A DNA stretch of 63,995 nt, counting the filler, from Octopus bimaculoides (lineage: Eukaryota): the NCBI RefSeq assembly GCF_001194135.2. It is 7 parts of 5 records of this genome, joined end to end, with 100 filler letters (N's around TTAATTAATTAA, not from the genome) between each part and the next. Parts side by side here need not be neighbours in the genome. Positions count along the whole stretch, not along the records: positions 62,671 to 63,995 come from NW_026339104.1; 6 more parts are not named here. One strand, written 5' to 3'. Position numbers and translations under genes: made by a program. Below, in pieces: positions 62,571-63,995 of the stretch; positions within the stretch are counted from its first letter, which is position 1; every line of letters begins with the position of its first letter. The notes beneath the pieces are model-generated. The model made no database searches and had not been told where the DNA came from. It saw only the letters and a list, made by a program, of their open reading frames with translations.

Positions 62571-63879
62571 NNNNNNNNNNNNNNNNNNNNNNNNNNNNNN
62601 NNNNNNNNNNNNNNTTAATTAATTAANNNNNNNNNNNNNNNNNNNNNNNNNNNNNNNNNNNNNNNNNNNNGGTAGCATGGCGTATGGAGAATGTAAACAG
62701 AAAGGGAATTAATAAGGAAATCTCATAAAAGGAAGAAATACATTACAGCTACTATGTAATATAATTGAAAATACGTAACTTATGCTGAATAATATTAAAA
62801 ACGTAAATGACACATACACACAGTTAAAAACATACGTACATACGAACGTATGCTTGTACACATCCATATATGCATGTACTCATGTATGTATGCATGTATG
62901 TACGNNNNNNNNNNNNNNNNNNNNNNNNNNNNNNNNNNNNNNNNNNNNNNNNNNNNNNNNNNNNNNNNNNNNNNNNNNNNNNNNNNNNNNNNNNNNNNNN
63001 NNNNNNNNNNNNNNNNNNNNNNNNNNNNNNATGTATGCATGTATGTATGTATGTATGTACGTATGTATGCATGTATGTATATATGTATGATTGTATGCAT
63101 GTATATATTATAAAGCGGTCTTTCGCCGCTGCTGTCTCTGTCTTTGTAAAACGGTTGTCGCTCTGACAGATACCGTTATATTCAAAACTCTTCGATAGAA
63201 TGTTTCTATCTTGCACTGTACGACACCCAGTTGTAGTGTCATCTTCAAAAGTTTGGATCGATATAACGTCCACTTAGTATCACAATATAATTATTATATC
63301 AGTTCAGACACGACTATCATAACATTCTACACGTACTCTTCCGATACTGTCCGACGTCACCTTACTTATAGTGACTTCTCATTACTTTCGTCATGTAGGT
63401 GGGGGGGTGTACCGATATTACTAATTGCCTACAACAGTATGAATGTATGTATGTATGATTATGTGTATGTATATCTAAACGTGTGTGTGTGTGTGTGTGT
63501 GTCTATATATCTATCAATGTATATATGTATGAATGTTTATTTATGTATCTATCTCTGTATGTATGTATGTANNNNNNNNNNGTATCTATCTCTGTATGTA
63601 TGTATGTATACTTTTTGATGGTTGCACTAATGGCCGAGATAATGGAAACAATAATGATTATGATTCTAAAGTGGTAAAAAGAGAGAACTCAACGAAGACA
63701 AACGCACTTGCAATAAGGTATATCTACACATACATGCACACACACAAACACTGAAACGCGCATACCCATATCCATATACATATACATACGCGTAAGTTTA
63801 CATATACACGTGCACACTCAGGTATGTATTGATATATAAAGTATGCAGAATTATACATATTTCTGCTCATGTATGCTTA

Positions 63880-63945
63880 TCTCTCTCTCTCTGTCTGTCT
63901 CTGTCTCTCTCTGTCTGTCTCTCTGTCTGTCTGTCTATCTGTCTT

Positions 63946-63984
<39 letters not shown>

Positions 63985-63995
63985 TTCTCTCTCTC
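63880..63995. repeat. (CT)n/(CTGT)n microsatellite
   Basis: Direct read. Confidence 0.95.

Overview
AT-rich eukaryotic (animal) non-coding DNA from a gapped draft scaffold. Roughly 7 kb is N, including six artificial 100-nt N44-TTAATTAATTAA-N44 linkers. The SINE and LINE families look like those of Octopus (coleoid cephalopod), which is an inference from repeat content only. I recognise no host protein-coding gene, rRNA, intact tRNA or CRISPR, and most of the supplied ORFs are microsatellite or gap artefacts. The window is a mosaic of decayed mobile elements: three mariner remnants, a near full-length hAT with TIRs (24025-26253), a pogo/Tigger remnant, RTE-clade LINE fragments, about 20 tRNA-derived SINE copies built from shuffled modules, several MITE-like inverted repeats, and five Penelope-like (PLE) segments. 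The most interesting signals are: (i) five minimal type-I hammerhead-ribozyme-like motifs on PLE-type termini, one with an intact core just 3' of a largely complete PLE whose frame extends through an Asn/Ser-rich N-terminal tract; (ii) several close inverted repeat pairs that could form long dsRNA; (iii) a handful of short candidate exons or microexons with good splice signals that could belong to an unannotated host gene. The exon candidates are speculative because chance matches are expected.
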